Source of the DNA: Chloroflexota bacterium
Lineage (GTDB): Bacteria > Chloroflexota > Dehalococcoidia > Lucifugimonadales > GCA-002723415
Length of the DNA: 64,000 bases
Reading direction: 5' to 3'
NCBI GenBank assembly: GCA_002723415.1
Contig: PBOA01000031.1
Coordinates: 23,991-87,990, forward strand
Shown here: one piece after another, positions 41,169 through 50,790 of the stretch
Numbering within the stretch: position 1 is the stretch's first letter
How the letters are laid out: each line of letters begins with the position of its first letter
The notes under the pieces: generated by a model
Databases searched by the model: none
The model's input: only the letters and a program-made list of their open reading frames with translations
What the model was told of the DNA's origin: nothing
Made by a program: the position numbers and the translations under genes

Positions 41169-42911
41169 TTGGGGTTTTTAGAAAATGATTCTATAGAAAA
41201 TCTAAGGGAAAAAATAAGGCATTCAACTGCGCATATTATGGCTGATGTTGTAACTAAAATTTATCCTAAAACCAAATTAGCTATTGGGCCTCCGACCAAA
41301 GATGGTTTTTATTATGATTTCTATGTAGAAGATCCAATTACAGAAGATGATTTGGAAAAAATCGAGGCTTCAATGAAAAAAGTAATGAAGCAAGATTTGA
41401 AATTTGAATATAAAGAATATTCAAGGTCTGAAATTTTGGATATGAATAAAAATGAACCTTTTAAGTTAGATGTTATTAAAGATATCCCTGAAAACGTTCC
41501 TGTTTCAACATATAAACATGGCGATTTTGAAGACCTTTGCGGTGGTCCTCACGTAGAATCAACTGGTATGATTCCTGCATTTAAATTACTTAGTGTTGCT
41601 GGTGCTTATTGGAGAGGAAATGAAGATCAACCTATGTTGCAGAGAATATATGGTACTGCATTTGAATCTCAAGAAGCATTGGATGAACATATTACAAAAA
41701 TTGAAGAAGCAAATAAACGTGATCATCGTAATTTAGCTAAGCAATTGGATTTATTTTCATATCAAGATGAGTTAGGTCCAGGATTGATTGTTTGGCATCC
41801 TAGAGGTTCTAAGCTTCGCTCTACAATAGAAGATTTTTGGAAAAAAGAACATATTAAATATGATTATGATTTAATTTATACTCCTCATATAGGAAAATCT
41901 ACATTATGGGAAATAAGCGGGCACTTGGATTTTTACAAAGAAAATATGTACCCAGTTATGGATATGGATGGGCAAGAATATTATTTAAAACCTATGAATT
42001 GTCCTTTTCATATTATGTATTATCGTAATGATATTAGAAGTTATCGTGATTTACCAATAAGAATAGGAGAACTTGGGTCTGTTTACAGAAATGAACGTGC
42101 AGGTGTATTACATGGATTAATGCGAGTTAGAGGTATGACTCAAGATGATGCGCATATATTTTGTAGGCCTGATCAGATTGAAAATGAAATTAATAAGGTG
42201 TTAGATTTAACTTTTCACCTTATGAAAACTTTTGGTTTTGAAAAATACGAAGTAATGCTTTCAACGAAACCTGATAAATCTGTTGGAGATATTTCTAGAT
42301 GGCATATAGCTACCGAATCTTTGAAAAAAACAATAGTGTCTAGAGGTTTGTCTTATGAAATTGATGAGGGTGGAGGAGCATTTTATGGTCCTAAAATTGA
42401 TATAAATATAGAGGATGCTATCGGTAGGTTATGGCAATGTACAACTGTTCAATTTGATTTTAATTTACCTGAACGTTTTGGTTTGAATTATATTGGAGAA
42501 GACGGTAAAATGCACCAACCATATATGATTCATAGAGCCTTATTAGGTTCTATGGAGAGATTCATAGGTGTATTAACGGAACATTATGGTGGAGCATTTC
42601 CTCTTTGGTTATCACCTGTTCAAGTAATGGTTATTCCTATAGCTGATAGACATATAGAATATTCTAATACTATAGCTAGAAAATTATTTGATTTTGATTT
42701 TAGAGTTGAAATTGATACTAGAAAAGAACGTATGAATGCTAAAATACGTTCTGCTCAAATGTCTAAAATTCCTTTTATGTTAATAATAGGTGATAAAGAA
42801 GAATCTACTAATACTATATCGATAAGGCATAGAGGTGGAGAAAATTTAGGTGCTATGCCGTTTGATGATTTACTAAATAAATTACAATCAGATAGAGATT
42901 TATTAAAATAA
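41169..42911 (+). CDS. thrS: Threonine-tRNA ligase (no N-terminal TGS domain; probable TTG start 41169)
   Basis: RHSTAH, DLCGGPH, KPMNCP, RVRGMTQDDAH and MIHRA; GGAGG at 41156-60. Confidence 0.97.
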   Translation: MGFLENDSIENLREKIRHSTAHIMADVVTKIYPKTKLAIGPPTKDGFYYDFYVEDPITEDDLEKIEASMKKVMKQDLKFEYKEYSRSEILDMNKNEPFKLDVIKDIPENVPVSTYKHGDFEDLCGGPHVESTGMIPAFKLLSVAGAYWRGNEDQPMLQRIYGTAFESQEALDEHITKIEEANKRDHRNLAKQLDLFSYQDELGPGLIVWHPRGSKLRSTIEDFWKKEHIKYDYDLIYTPHIGKSTLWEISGHLDFYKENMYPVMDMDGQEYYLKPMNCPFHIMYYRNDIRSYRDLPIRIGELGSVYRNERAGVLHGLMRVRGMTQDDAHIFCRPDQIENEINKVLDLTFHLMKTFGFEKYEVMLSTKPDKSVGDISRWHIATESLKKTIVSRGLSYEIDEGGGAFYGPKIDINIEDAIGRLWQCTTVQFDFNLPERFGLNYIGEDGKMHQPYMIHRALLGSMERFIGVLTEHYGGAFPLWLSPVQVMVIPIADRHIEYSNTIARKLFDFDFRVEIDTRKERMNAKIRSAQMSKIPFMLIIGDKEESTNTISIRHRGGENLGAMPFDDLLNKLQSDRDLLK

Positions 42912-43005
42912 ATAGTATAATTATATATATACGTATTATTGCTATTTGCGATAGGCCTATGTTATAGTCGAAAATTATATATAGAAAATTTTGTGAGGTA
43001 TAAAT

Positions 43006-43572
43006 ATCAGTAGAGATTATAGAGCAAATGAAAATATAAAAGTTCCTGAAGTTAGAGTTATTGATGATAAAGGTGAACAACTTGGTGTAATGACTTTGAG
43101 AAGGGCCTTGGATCTTGCTGATGCAAAAAACCTTGATTTGGTGGAAGTAGCTCCGGGATCTAAACCTCCTGTATGTAGGTTGTTGGACTATGGTAAATTC
43201 AGATATAAAGCTACTAGAAAAGAACGAGAAGCTCGTAAATCACGTAAATCTAATCTCACAAATGAAGTTAAAGAAATAAGATTTAAAACTAGAATTGGAG
43301 AACATGATAGATCTTCAAAAATAAGGATGATAAAAAGGATTTTATCGCAAGGAAATAAGGTTAAAGTAAGTGTTATGTTCCGCGGAAGGGAAATGATGCA
43401 TCCAGATATAGGAATGAAGTTGCTAAGATCAGTTGCTGAAGATTTGATTGATGATGCTTTATTAGATAAACCTCCATTATTTGAAGGTAGAAATATATAT
43501 ATGATACTTGCACCCGTTATTAATACTGATAAATCTGTAAAAACAAAGGAATTAAATAGTGCCCAAACTTAA
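43006..43572 (+). CDS. infC: Translation initiation factor IF-3, non-canonical ATC start
   Basis: GAGGT(42995-99), 6 nt, then ATC AGT AGA GAT TAT AGA GCA AAT GAA (RANENIKVPEVRVID), in frame with track ORF 43090; LDLVEVAP and DYGKFRY. Confidence 0.93.
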   Translation: MSRDYRANENIKVPEVRVIDDKGEQLGVMTLRRALDLADAKNLDLVEVAPGSKPPVCRLLDYGKFRYKATRKEREARKSRKSNLTNEVKEIRFKTRIGEHDRSSKIRMIKRILSQGNKVKVSVMFRGREMMHPDIGMKLLRSVAEDLIDDALLDKPPLFEGRNIYMILAPVINTDKSVKTKELNSAQT

Positions 43573-43762
43573 AACACATAAAGGCGCCGCTGCTAGATTT
43601 AGAATTTCTAGTACGGGAAAATTATTACGTATGAAAGGCCATAGGAGTCATCTGAGACGTAAAAAGTCGAGCAAAGTTAAACGTCAGTTTTCTTCTAAGT
43701 TATTAGTACATTCATCAGATCAAGATCGCATAAATAGATTACTTCCTAATGGGTTATCCTAA
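43559..43762 (+). CDS. rpmI: 50S ribosomal protein L35
   Basis: MPKLKTHKGAAARF. Confidence 0.97.
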   Translation: MPKLKTHKGAAARFRISSTGKLLRMKGHRSHLRRKKSSKVKRQFSSKLLVHSSDQDRINRLLPNGLS

Positions 43763-43823
43763 AACTAGATAACCAATTTATTTATTGATTTTAATTTTAG
43801 TATCATTTCGGAGGATAAAACAA

Positions 43824-44183
43824 TTGACAAGAGTTTCTTCTGGCACAACTAGAAAAGCAAGACATAAAAAAATTTTAAAAATGACTAAAGGGCATCAAGG
43901 TGTTCGAAATCGTTTGTATAAAAGTGCAAAAGAGTCTTTACTCCATGCTTTAAGTTATTCTTATGCACATAGACGCAAGAAAAAAAATGACCTTAGAAGG
44001 TTATGGAACATCAAAATTAACGCAGCAGCACGTGCTAATGGATTATCTTATAATCAATTTATATATGGATTAAAGATTTCTAAAATAAATGTAAATAGGA
44101 AAATGCTTGCTTCTTTAGCTATATCAGATCCAGATGCATTTAATATATTTATTGATAAAGCAAAAACTGCTTTGAAAGTTTAA
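43824..44183 (+). CDS. rplT: 50S ribosomal protein L20 (TTG start after GGAGG)
   Basis: TRVSSG..RKARHKK, RRLWNIKINAAAR and NRKMLA. Confidence 0.97.
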   Translation: MTRVSSGTTRKARHKKILKMTKGHQGVRNRLYKSAKESLLHALSYSYAHRRKKKNDLRRLWNIKINAAARANGLSYNQFIYGLKISKINVNRKMLASLAISDPDAFNIFIDKAKTALKV

Positions 44184-44779
44184 TTACTTATTAATAAATT
44201 GATATCATTGATAATTTCATCGATTTTTATTGGTTCAGTGTATAAAAGCTTCATATTTTGGTTTTCATCAATTATATATATTGGGGCAGAATGATTTAAA
44301 GAAATATTATTTTTAACTTCGTTTTGTTCAATCCAATTTGATATATAATATTTCTCCCATATTATAGATAAATTTTCTTTATCCCCTCTTAAATAAAACC
44401 ATTTGTCTTCCATTTTATATTCTTTTGAATATTTTAAAATAGATTCTTCTGTATCATTTTCAGGATCTACGCTAATTACGATAATTTTATATTTATCATT
44501 TATATTTTCTAAATTCTTATGAATTTCTTTGAGCTTGAACGTAATTGAGGGACATATATCTGTGCAATTTGAATATAAAAAAGTAACTATTTTTATTTTA
44601 TTAATATCATTTAAATTAATTAATTCACCATATTGGTTTTTTAAATTAACATCAAATGCTTTATGTTCATTCTGAAATATTGTACCTTGGAATTCTTTTT
44701 TTTCAGAATCACATGAAATTAAAGTTAATAAAGTGCTAAATATAAGTAGGAAAATAAAAAATTTATTTGGATAATTCAA
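44180..44779 (-). CDS. SCO1/SenC copper chaperone (probable lipoprotein)
   Basis: Lipobox LISC, CTDICP, SVDPEND and HSAPIY. Confidence 0.92.
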   Translation of the reverse strand: MNYPNKFFIFLLIFSTLLTLISCDSEKKEFQGTIFQNEHKAFDVNLKNQYGELINLNDINKIKIVTFLYSNCTDICPSITFKLKEIHKNLENINDKYKIIVISVDPENDTEESILKYSKEYKMEDKWFYLRGDKENLSIIWEKYYISNWIEQNEVKNNISLNHSAPIYIIDENQNMKLLYTEPIKIDEIINDINLLISN

Positions 44780-44797
44780 ATCAATCTTTTATCTAAA

Positions 44798-45007
44798 TTA
44801 TTCTGATTTTTCCAATTGCTTTTGTATTAATGCAGCAATAGTAGGTACTCCTACTACCAAAGCTGAACCTAGAATCAGAATGCCTGTTTCACTGTGCATA
44901 TAATGCTCTAGTAACATAAAAGTTACACCAAGCCCACCAGCAAAACCAATAATTATAATTATTGATAGTAATGGCAATAAAATAGCCATTAATAGTGAGT
45001 TACTCAA
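44798..45007 (-). CDS. Small two-TM membrane protein within the oxidase operon
   Basis: 69 aa, GGAG RBS, tight spacing between ctaG and sco. Confidence 0.7.
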   Translation of the reverse strand: MSNSLLMAILLPLLSIIIIIGFAGGLGVTFMLLEHYMHSETGILILGSALVVGVPTIAALIQKQLEKSE

Positions 45008-45027
45008 TGTTTTCTCCTATTCTATAT

Positions 45028-45822
45028 TTATTTAATTTGGTTTTCTTCATTATACCAATTAAAAAAAGCTATAATCATTAAAGTTAAAAATATTGTTCCA
45101 CTTCCAACTTTCATTATAATACCACCAAGTTGCTGATCAGTTAAAGGTGTAATATTCCAAATTCTTGGAGCATTGATATACCATTGATAAATTGGTTCAG
45201 TTGAAAAGGTTATTGGCGCAAAGACTAATATTTGTCCTATTGATAGTATAAATATATAAGGTAGTTGGAGTAAATAAGATAGTCTAGGTATTTCAATGAT
45301 CCTACTAAATATTGGAATCCACATAATAATTGCTGTACTAATAAACATTAGGTGTTCACTTATATGAATATAATGATTGGTAACAGAAGTATGGTACAAA
45401 TTTGGTAGGTGCCATATTGAAAACATTAATGTGAAAATACTTAAGGCTATTATTGGTTTTGTAATTATTCGCAGGCAATTTTTGATTAACTTTATTTGCA
45501 TTAATGGAGCAATCAACCAATTTGGAGTACTCATAACTAAGAGAGGAGGGGCTATCAAAGTTAATAATAGGTGTTGGACCATATGTGCACTAAATAAAAA
45601 ACCATCACTAATTTCATGTATTGGAGATATTAAAGCTATTAGTAAAATAAGAATACCTGTCGTGAATAATGCTGTATCATAGGGCCTATGTTTTATGTTT
45701 GGGTTTTTTTGGGGTATATAAGAAACTAGAAATAAATATAATAATTCAATTATTGTTAAACTTATTAATACTTCTGGATGTGGATGCCAATTTGTAAAAA
45801 CTGAAAAAGTAGATGAGTTCAC
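45028..45822 (-). CDS. ctaG: Cytochrome c oxidase assembly factor CtaG (caa3 type)
   Basis: SAHMVQHLLL, WHLP, HISEH and DQQLGGIIMK. Confidence 0.92.
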   Translation of the reverse strand: MNSSTFSVFTNWHPHPEVLISLTIIELLYLFLVSYIPQKNPNIKHRPYDTALFTTGILILLIALISPIHEISDGFLFSAHMVQHLLLTLIAPPLLVMSTPNWLIAPLMQIKLIKNCLRIITKPIIALSIFTLMFSIWHLPNLYHTSVTNHYIHISEHLMFISTAIIMWIPIFSRIIEIPRLSYLLQLPYIFILSIGQILVFAPITFSTEPIYQWYINAPRIWNITPLTDQQLGGIIMKVGSGTIFLTLMIIAFFNWYNEENQIK

Positions 45823-45862
45823 GAATTATTACTTCACAATAATGATTAATTCAATTTATTTA

Positions 45863-46153
45863 TTAAAATGATTTAAATAAAAACATCAAAGCAAATACAA
45901 CAGCAGTAGCTAAAAATAATCCGGATAGAAAAAATATAGTAAATAATTTTGTTTCATATTTAAGGTGCATGTAAACCATAACTACTAAAGCGAATTTACC
46001 AATGGATAATATAGCTAATATTGGGATCATCCAATATCCTAATGAAGTGATATAAAAAATACCTACTTCAATTGCAGTTAGTACTGAAAGTATTAATGCT
46101 GTAGAAACATAAGTTTTCGGGGTAGGGTGGTTTGCAGTTTCTTCGTTAATCAT
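45863..46153 (-). CDS. ctaF: Cytochrome c oxidase subunit IV
   Basis: LTAIEV, KFALVVMVYMHLKYE; 3 TM. Confidence 0.88.
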   Translation of the reverse strand: MINEETANHPTPKTYVSTALILSVLTAIEVGIFYITSLGYWMIPILAILSIGKFALVVMVYMHLKYETKLFTIFFLSGLFLATAVVFALMFLFKSF

Positions 46154-46162
46154 ATATACACC

Positions 46163-46903
46163 TTAAAAACCTTCATAAACTCCAAATAAATATACAACAG
46201 TAAATATTACAATCCAAACAATATCAACAAAATGCCAGTATAAAGCTGCTAAATCTACGTCAAGATGCCGGTCGGCTGAGACTGCACCTCGTTTAAAAGA
46301 ATAAAAGAAAAGAGATAACAACCAAATAACTCCCAAAGTCACATGCGCTCCATGAAAACCAGTAAGTACAAAGAAAGTCGTACCAAACAAATTTGTTCTT
46401 GGAGTCATTCCAAATTCAATATCTGCCTCTTTTTTTCCTTCAGAGCATTGTTTTTTATAGTCAGATTTCTGTTGAGATGAAAATTTATTTTCTAGTTCAG
46501 TATATTTTGCATTGTTTTCTTCACAGCCTATTTTGACATGGTTTACTGTAAAATCTCTAAATTCAAATACTTGGAATCCAAGAAATGTCATTCCCATTAT
46601 TGCTGTAGATAACATCCAAACTCTAAATACTTTTAGGTTTCCTTTAGTAAGAGCTGCATAAGCTAAAACCATGCTCATACTACTCATTAATAATACAAAT
46701 GTACTTACAGATGTTACGGGTATTGAAAAAAGGTCAATTGGTTCAGGACCAGTAACACTTTTTCCTCTGTAAACTAAATATGTTGCTATTAATGATGCAA
46801 AGAACATACAATCAGAACCTAGAAAGGCCCACATCAATAACTTTCTGTGGTTTAATCCTGTAGTAGTATTTTCAACTGTTGAGTGATTATTTTGTTCAGA
46901 CAA
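46163..46903 (-). CDS. ctaE: Cytochrome c oxidase subunit III
   Basis: FLGSDCMFF, LTGFHGAHV and YWHFVDIVW. Confidence 0.95.
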   Translation of the reverse strand: MSEQNNHSTVENTTTGLNHRKLLMWAFLGSDCMFFASLIATYLVYRGKSVTGPEPIDLFSIPVTSVSTFVLLMSSMSMVLAYAALTKGNLKVFRVWMLSTAIMGMTFLGFQVFEFRDFTVNHVKIGCEENNAKYTELENKFSSQQKSDYKKQCSEGKKEADIEFGMTPRTNLFGTTFFVLTGFHGAHVTLGVIWLLSLFFYSFKRGAVSADRHLDVDLAALYWHFVDIVWIVIFTVVYLFGVYEGF

Positions 46904-46927
46904 TATTTTCCTACCTTGTTTTAAATA

Positions 46928-48736
46928 TCAATGAGGGTCGTTAACTGGTTCAAAAGACCAAGCATAAACTCCAATCATTGTAATTGCAGCACCAATAATT
47001 GCTACTGGTATGCTTAAAATTATTCCGAAACCACCAATTAGTAATCCAACTGATGCAATAAATGGCCAATATGATGGTTGTGGTAAATGTACATCTTTTG
47101 ATACTGGTTGCTCTTGAGCTTTTTTCAGCATCTTTTTTTCCCACCAATCATCCCTGTATTCTATTGTTGGAATAACAGCAAAATTGTATTCAGGAGGAGG
47201 TGAGGTAATTGACCATTCAAGAGTTCTAGCATCCCAAGGGTCACCAGATGCTTTAGCACCTTTAATCCAACTTGAAACAATATTGTAAATGAATATAACC
47301 ATTGAAGCTGCGAGTAATAATACTCCTATAGTTGAAATTAGATTCCAAAAATCCCAACCATATTCACTTCCATAAGTATATATTCTGCGAGGCATTCCGT
47401 TTAAGCCAGTAAAATGCATAGGGAAAAAAGTAATGTTCATAGAAATGAAAAAAGCGTAAAATCCTAATTTACCAAGTTTTTCATCATACATTCTTCCAGT
47501 AAATTTAGGGAACCAGTAATAAATTCCACCTAATATTGCAATTAAGCTGCCACCAAAAAGTACATAATGAATATGGGCAACAATAAAATAAGTATCTTGT
47601 TGTTGAGCATCAGATGCAGCTTGAGAGTGCATTACTCCACTTATTCCGCCAATTGTAAATGTTAATATGAAGCCTATAGCATATAGCATAGGGGTATTAA
47701 GTGTTAATGAGCCTCTCCACATGGTTCCGAGCCAATTGAAAATTTTTACACCAGTAGGAATTGCTATAGCCATAGTTGTAAGAGCAAAAACTGAATTAGC
47801 TACAGGACCTAGGCCTACAGTAAACATATGGTGACTCCATACCATCCATCCCATAAAACCTATTATAATACCTGAAAGTATAACAACAGGGTAGCCAAAT
47901 AAAGGTTTTTTAGAGAAAGTAGGCAATATTTCAGATACTATTCCCATTGCAGGTAAAATTAAAATATAAACTTCTGGGTGTCCAAAAACCCAAAACAGGT
48001 GTTGCCATAGTACGGGATTTCCTCCTGCAGAAGTTATGAAAAAATTGGTTCCATAAAATCTATCAAATTGTAATTCTATCAAAGCTACAGTTATTACAGG
48101 AAAAGCTAGTACTAATAGAATTGCAGTTATAAATGACATCCATGTGAATACAGGTAATCTTGAGAAGGTCATACCTGGAGCTCGCATATTTATAATTGTT
48201 ACTATGAAATTAAAAGCAGCCGCTAGAGAAGCTATTCCTAAAACTTGTAAACTAATTATCCAAAAATCAATTCCGTGGCCTACATTATATGCTTTACCCG
48301 TAATTGGAGCATATCCAAACCATCCCGCGTTAGGTGCTCCTCCTAAAAACCAACTAGCATTTAATATTATTGCACCTGCTAAAAAAGTCCAATAACTAAA
48401 AGCATTTAATCTTGGAAATGCAACATCTCTTGCTCCAATTTGTAGAGGTATCAGATAGTTAAAAAATGCTGCTCCCATAGGCATTATTGCTAAAAATATC
48501 ATTGTTGTCCCATGCATTGTAAATAATTGGTTGTAAAGCTCTGGGTCAATTATTTTTAAGTTTGATGAAGCCAATTGAGCACGCATAAGCATAGCTTCTA
48601 TACCACCAATTATAAATAGAATAAATGCTGAAACCCCATATAATATACCTATTTTTTTGTGATCAATAGTTGTGATCCAATTCCAAATTCCAGTTGGGTG
48701 TATAGGTCTAGATATTTGTAATGGGAAAGTTGTCAT
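46928..48736 (-). CDS. ctaD: Cytochrome c oxidase subunit I (A1-type heme-copper oxidase)
   Basis: TMHGTTMIF, ARDVAFPRLN, GHPEVY, WSHHM and AHIHYV. Confidence 0.99.
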   Translation of the reverse strand: MTTFPLQISRPIHPTGIWNWITTIDHKKIGILYGVSAFILFIIGGIEAMLMRAQLASSNLKIIDPELYNQLFTMHGTTMIFLAIMPMGAAFFNYLIPLQIGARDVAFPRLNAFSYWTFLAGAIILNASWFLGGAPNAGWFGYAPITGKAYNVGHGIDFWIISLQVLGIASLAAAFNFIVTIINMRAPGMTFSRLPVFTWMSFITAILLVLAFPVITVALIELQFDRFYGTNFFITSAGGNPVLWQHLFWVFGHPEVYILILPAMGIVSEILPTFSKKPLFGYPVVILSGIIIGFMGWMVWSHHMFTVGLGPVANSVFALTTMAIAIPTGVKIFNWLGTMWRGSLTLNTPMLYAIGFILTFTIGGISGVMHSQAASDAQQQDTYFIVAHIHYVLFGGSLIAILGGIYYWFPKFTGRMYDEKLGKLGFYAFFISMNITFFPMHFTGLNGMPRRIYTYGSEYGWDFWNLISTIGVLLLAASMVIFIYNIVSSWIKGAKASGDPWDARTLEWSITSPPPEYNFAVIPTIEYRDDWWEKKMLKKAQEQPVSKDVHLPQPSYWPFIASVGLLIGGFGIILSIPVAIIGAAITMIGVYAWSFEPVNDPH

Positions 48737-48755
48737 ATTTACTCCTGTGAGTTTT

Positions 48756-49838
48756 TTATTTCAAACTTCTTAAAAATGCTGTAAGAGCAGAAATTTCTTG
48801 TTCAGTTAGAGGGTCTGATGTCCCATTGTATACTCCAGCATTTTGAGACATTAAATTCCCAGGTTTAATTGAATTAGGATCTTTCAGCCATTTTCTAAGA
48901 TTTTCTTGGTTGTTTTCAATTATTCCTGCAGCAAAATCAGTTCTACTTGCAAAGTGAGTTAAGTTAGGGCCTTGATTCCCTTTAGCTTTATCAGTGCCTT
49001 GAATTGTATGACAAGCATAACATCCTGCATCTCTAGACATAAATATTTCCATACCTTGTTTTGCGAGAGGGTCACTTGTAGTCCAGGCGTTTGTTTTTTG
49101 ATGGTTAATCCAAGCTTCAAATTCTTCTCTTGTTTCTGCGATCAATTTAAATCTCATTAGGGCATGTGCTTGCCCACAAAATTCTGCACAATGACCATAA
49201 TATATGCCAGGTTCATCAGCTTGCAACCATAGGTGATTGTCATTGTTTGGAACCATATCTACTTTACCAGCTAACTTAGGTACCCAAAAGCTATGAAGAA
49301 CATCTTGGGAATGAAGTTTAATGGTTACTGCTTCACCTATAGGTATGTGAATTTCATTTGCAGTAATTAATCCATATTCTGGATATTCAAATTCAAACCA
49401 CCATTGTTTACCTGTGGCATCAATTATCAAATTATTATTTACATATTTGTCATTCGGATTTGCACTTGCAAATATAGCTTGAACTGAAGGTATTGCAATG
49501 GCTGCAATTAGCAAAATTGGAAGAACTGTCCAAATAATTTCAAGTTTTGTATTTCCATGTATTTGTTCAGGTATATCATCTTGAGGTTTAGATTTATATT
49601 TGAAAACTATATAAAATACTGCAATTGCTACTAGTATGAAAACTATTAAACCGACCCAAAATAATATATAAAATAGTTCTAATTGCAGTTTAGCTACAGG
49701 TCCAAGTGTGTCGAATGTTGATTGAGGGTCTTTTGATGAACAGCTAGATAAAATTAAAAGTAGTAAAGATGGGATCAATAAAAATTTTATTGACCATGAT
49801 TTAATAATGAATAATATTTTTTTATATAAACTGAACAT
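48756..49838 (-). CDS. ctaC: Cytochrome c oxidase subunit II with fused cytochrome c (caa3)
   Basis: CuA motifs HSFW and CAEFCGQAHALM; heme c motif CYACH; lipobox LSSC. Confidence 0.97.
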   Translation of the reverse strand: MFSLYKKILFIIKSWSIKFLLIPSLLLLILSSCSSKDPQSTFDTLGPVAKLQLELFYILFWVGLIVFILVAIAVFYIVFKYKSKPQDDIPEQIHGNTKLEIIWTVLPILLIAAIAIPSVQAIFASANPNDKYVNNNLIIDATGKQWWFEFEYPEYGLITANEIHIPIGEAVTIKLHSQDVLHSFWVPKLAGKVDMVPNNDNHLWLQADEPGIYYGHCAEFCGQAHALMRFKLIAETREEFEAWINHQKTNAWTTSDPLAKQGMEIFMSRDAGCYACHTIQGTDKAKGNQGPNLTHFASRTDFAAGIIENNQENLRKWLKDPNSIKPGNLMSQNAGVYNGTSDPLTEQEISALTAFLRSLK

Positions 49839-49914
49839 ATACTAAAATATAACAAATAAATCTATATTTGTTCAAGAGTAAATTTAATAAAAATATTATA
49901 AATAGTTAAATAAT

Positions 49915-50790
49915 CTACATTAAAGAATCAATCATAATTGCTAAAAATATGATTGATAAATATAACATTGAATAAAAAAACAGTCTTTTTGCTTTTTCTA
50001 TATTTTTTGATTTTAATAAATCCCAAGATAGATATATAAAAATAATTCCTAATATAAATGTTGGGATTATGTAAATTAATCCTATGCTTTTTACAAAAAT
50101 TAAGCTTAAAGTGGATAGAAATACGATAATACTATATTTAAATATTTCTTTTTTTGTTTTTTCAATTCCATGAACAACAGGTAACATAGGTATTTTAGCA
50201 GCAGCATAGTCATCTTTTAATATTAATGATAATGCCCAAAAGTGAGGCGGGGTCCATAGGAAAATTATTAAAAACAATAATATTGCTGGCATACCTATAG
50301 AACCGGTTACAGATGTCCAGCCAATAATTGGAGGAAGAGCGCCTGCAGCACCACCAATAACAATATTTTGATGAGTTGATCTTTTTAAAATCATTGTATA
50401 AATAACAACATAGAATAGGGTAGCACTAATTGCAATTAACCCACTAATTAAATTTGTGTATATGACAAATAAAATTAATGATATTAAGTTTAATGCTATT
50501 CCAAAAATAAGTGCATTAATTGGCCTAATATTTCCTGATGCTATTGGCCTGTTATTGGTTCGGCTCATTTTAGTATCAATATCATGTTCTAAATATTGAT
50601 TAATAGAGCTTGCTCCTCCTGAAGCTAAAGATCCTGCTATTAAAACTGTTAGTATGATCGTAATATCAGGCATTTCTTTTGCAGCAAGTAACATTCCGCC
50701 TATGGCTGTAATTAATAAAAGAGGAATTATTCGAGGTTTAGTTAATTTGAGATAATTTTGAAATATATCTATGGTTTTAATTAGCAACAT
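49915..50790 (-). CDS. ctaB: Protoheme IX farnesyltransferase (heme o synthase)
   Basis: LTKPRI, DTKMSRTNNRP, GGAAGALPP and WTPPHFWAL. Confidence 0.97.
   Translation of the reverse strand: MLLIKTIDIFQNYLKLTKPRIIPLLLITAIGGMLLAAKEMPDITIILTVLIAGSLASGGASSINQYLEHDIDTKMSRTNNRPIASGNIRPINALIFGIALNLISLILFVIYTNLISGLIAISATLFYVVIYTMILKRSTHQNIVIGGAAGALPPIIGWTSVTGSIGMPAILLFLIIFLWTPPHFWALSLILKDDYAAAKIPMLPVVHGIEKTKKEIFKYSIIVFLSTLSLIFVKSIGLIYIIPTFILGIIFIYLSWDLLKSKNIEKAKRLFFYSMLYLSIIFLAIMIDSLM

Noticed and set aside
42912-43005. L20-leader-like RNA upstream of infC
   Set aside because: Only short CTAT/ATAG stems and an ATAGGCCTAT palindrome are present; I cannot match them to the known L20 leader without a covariance search.
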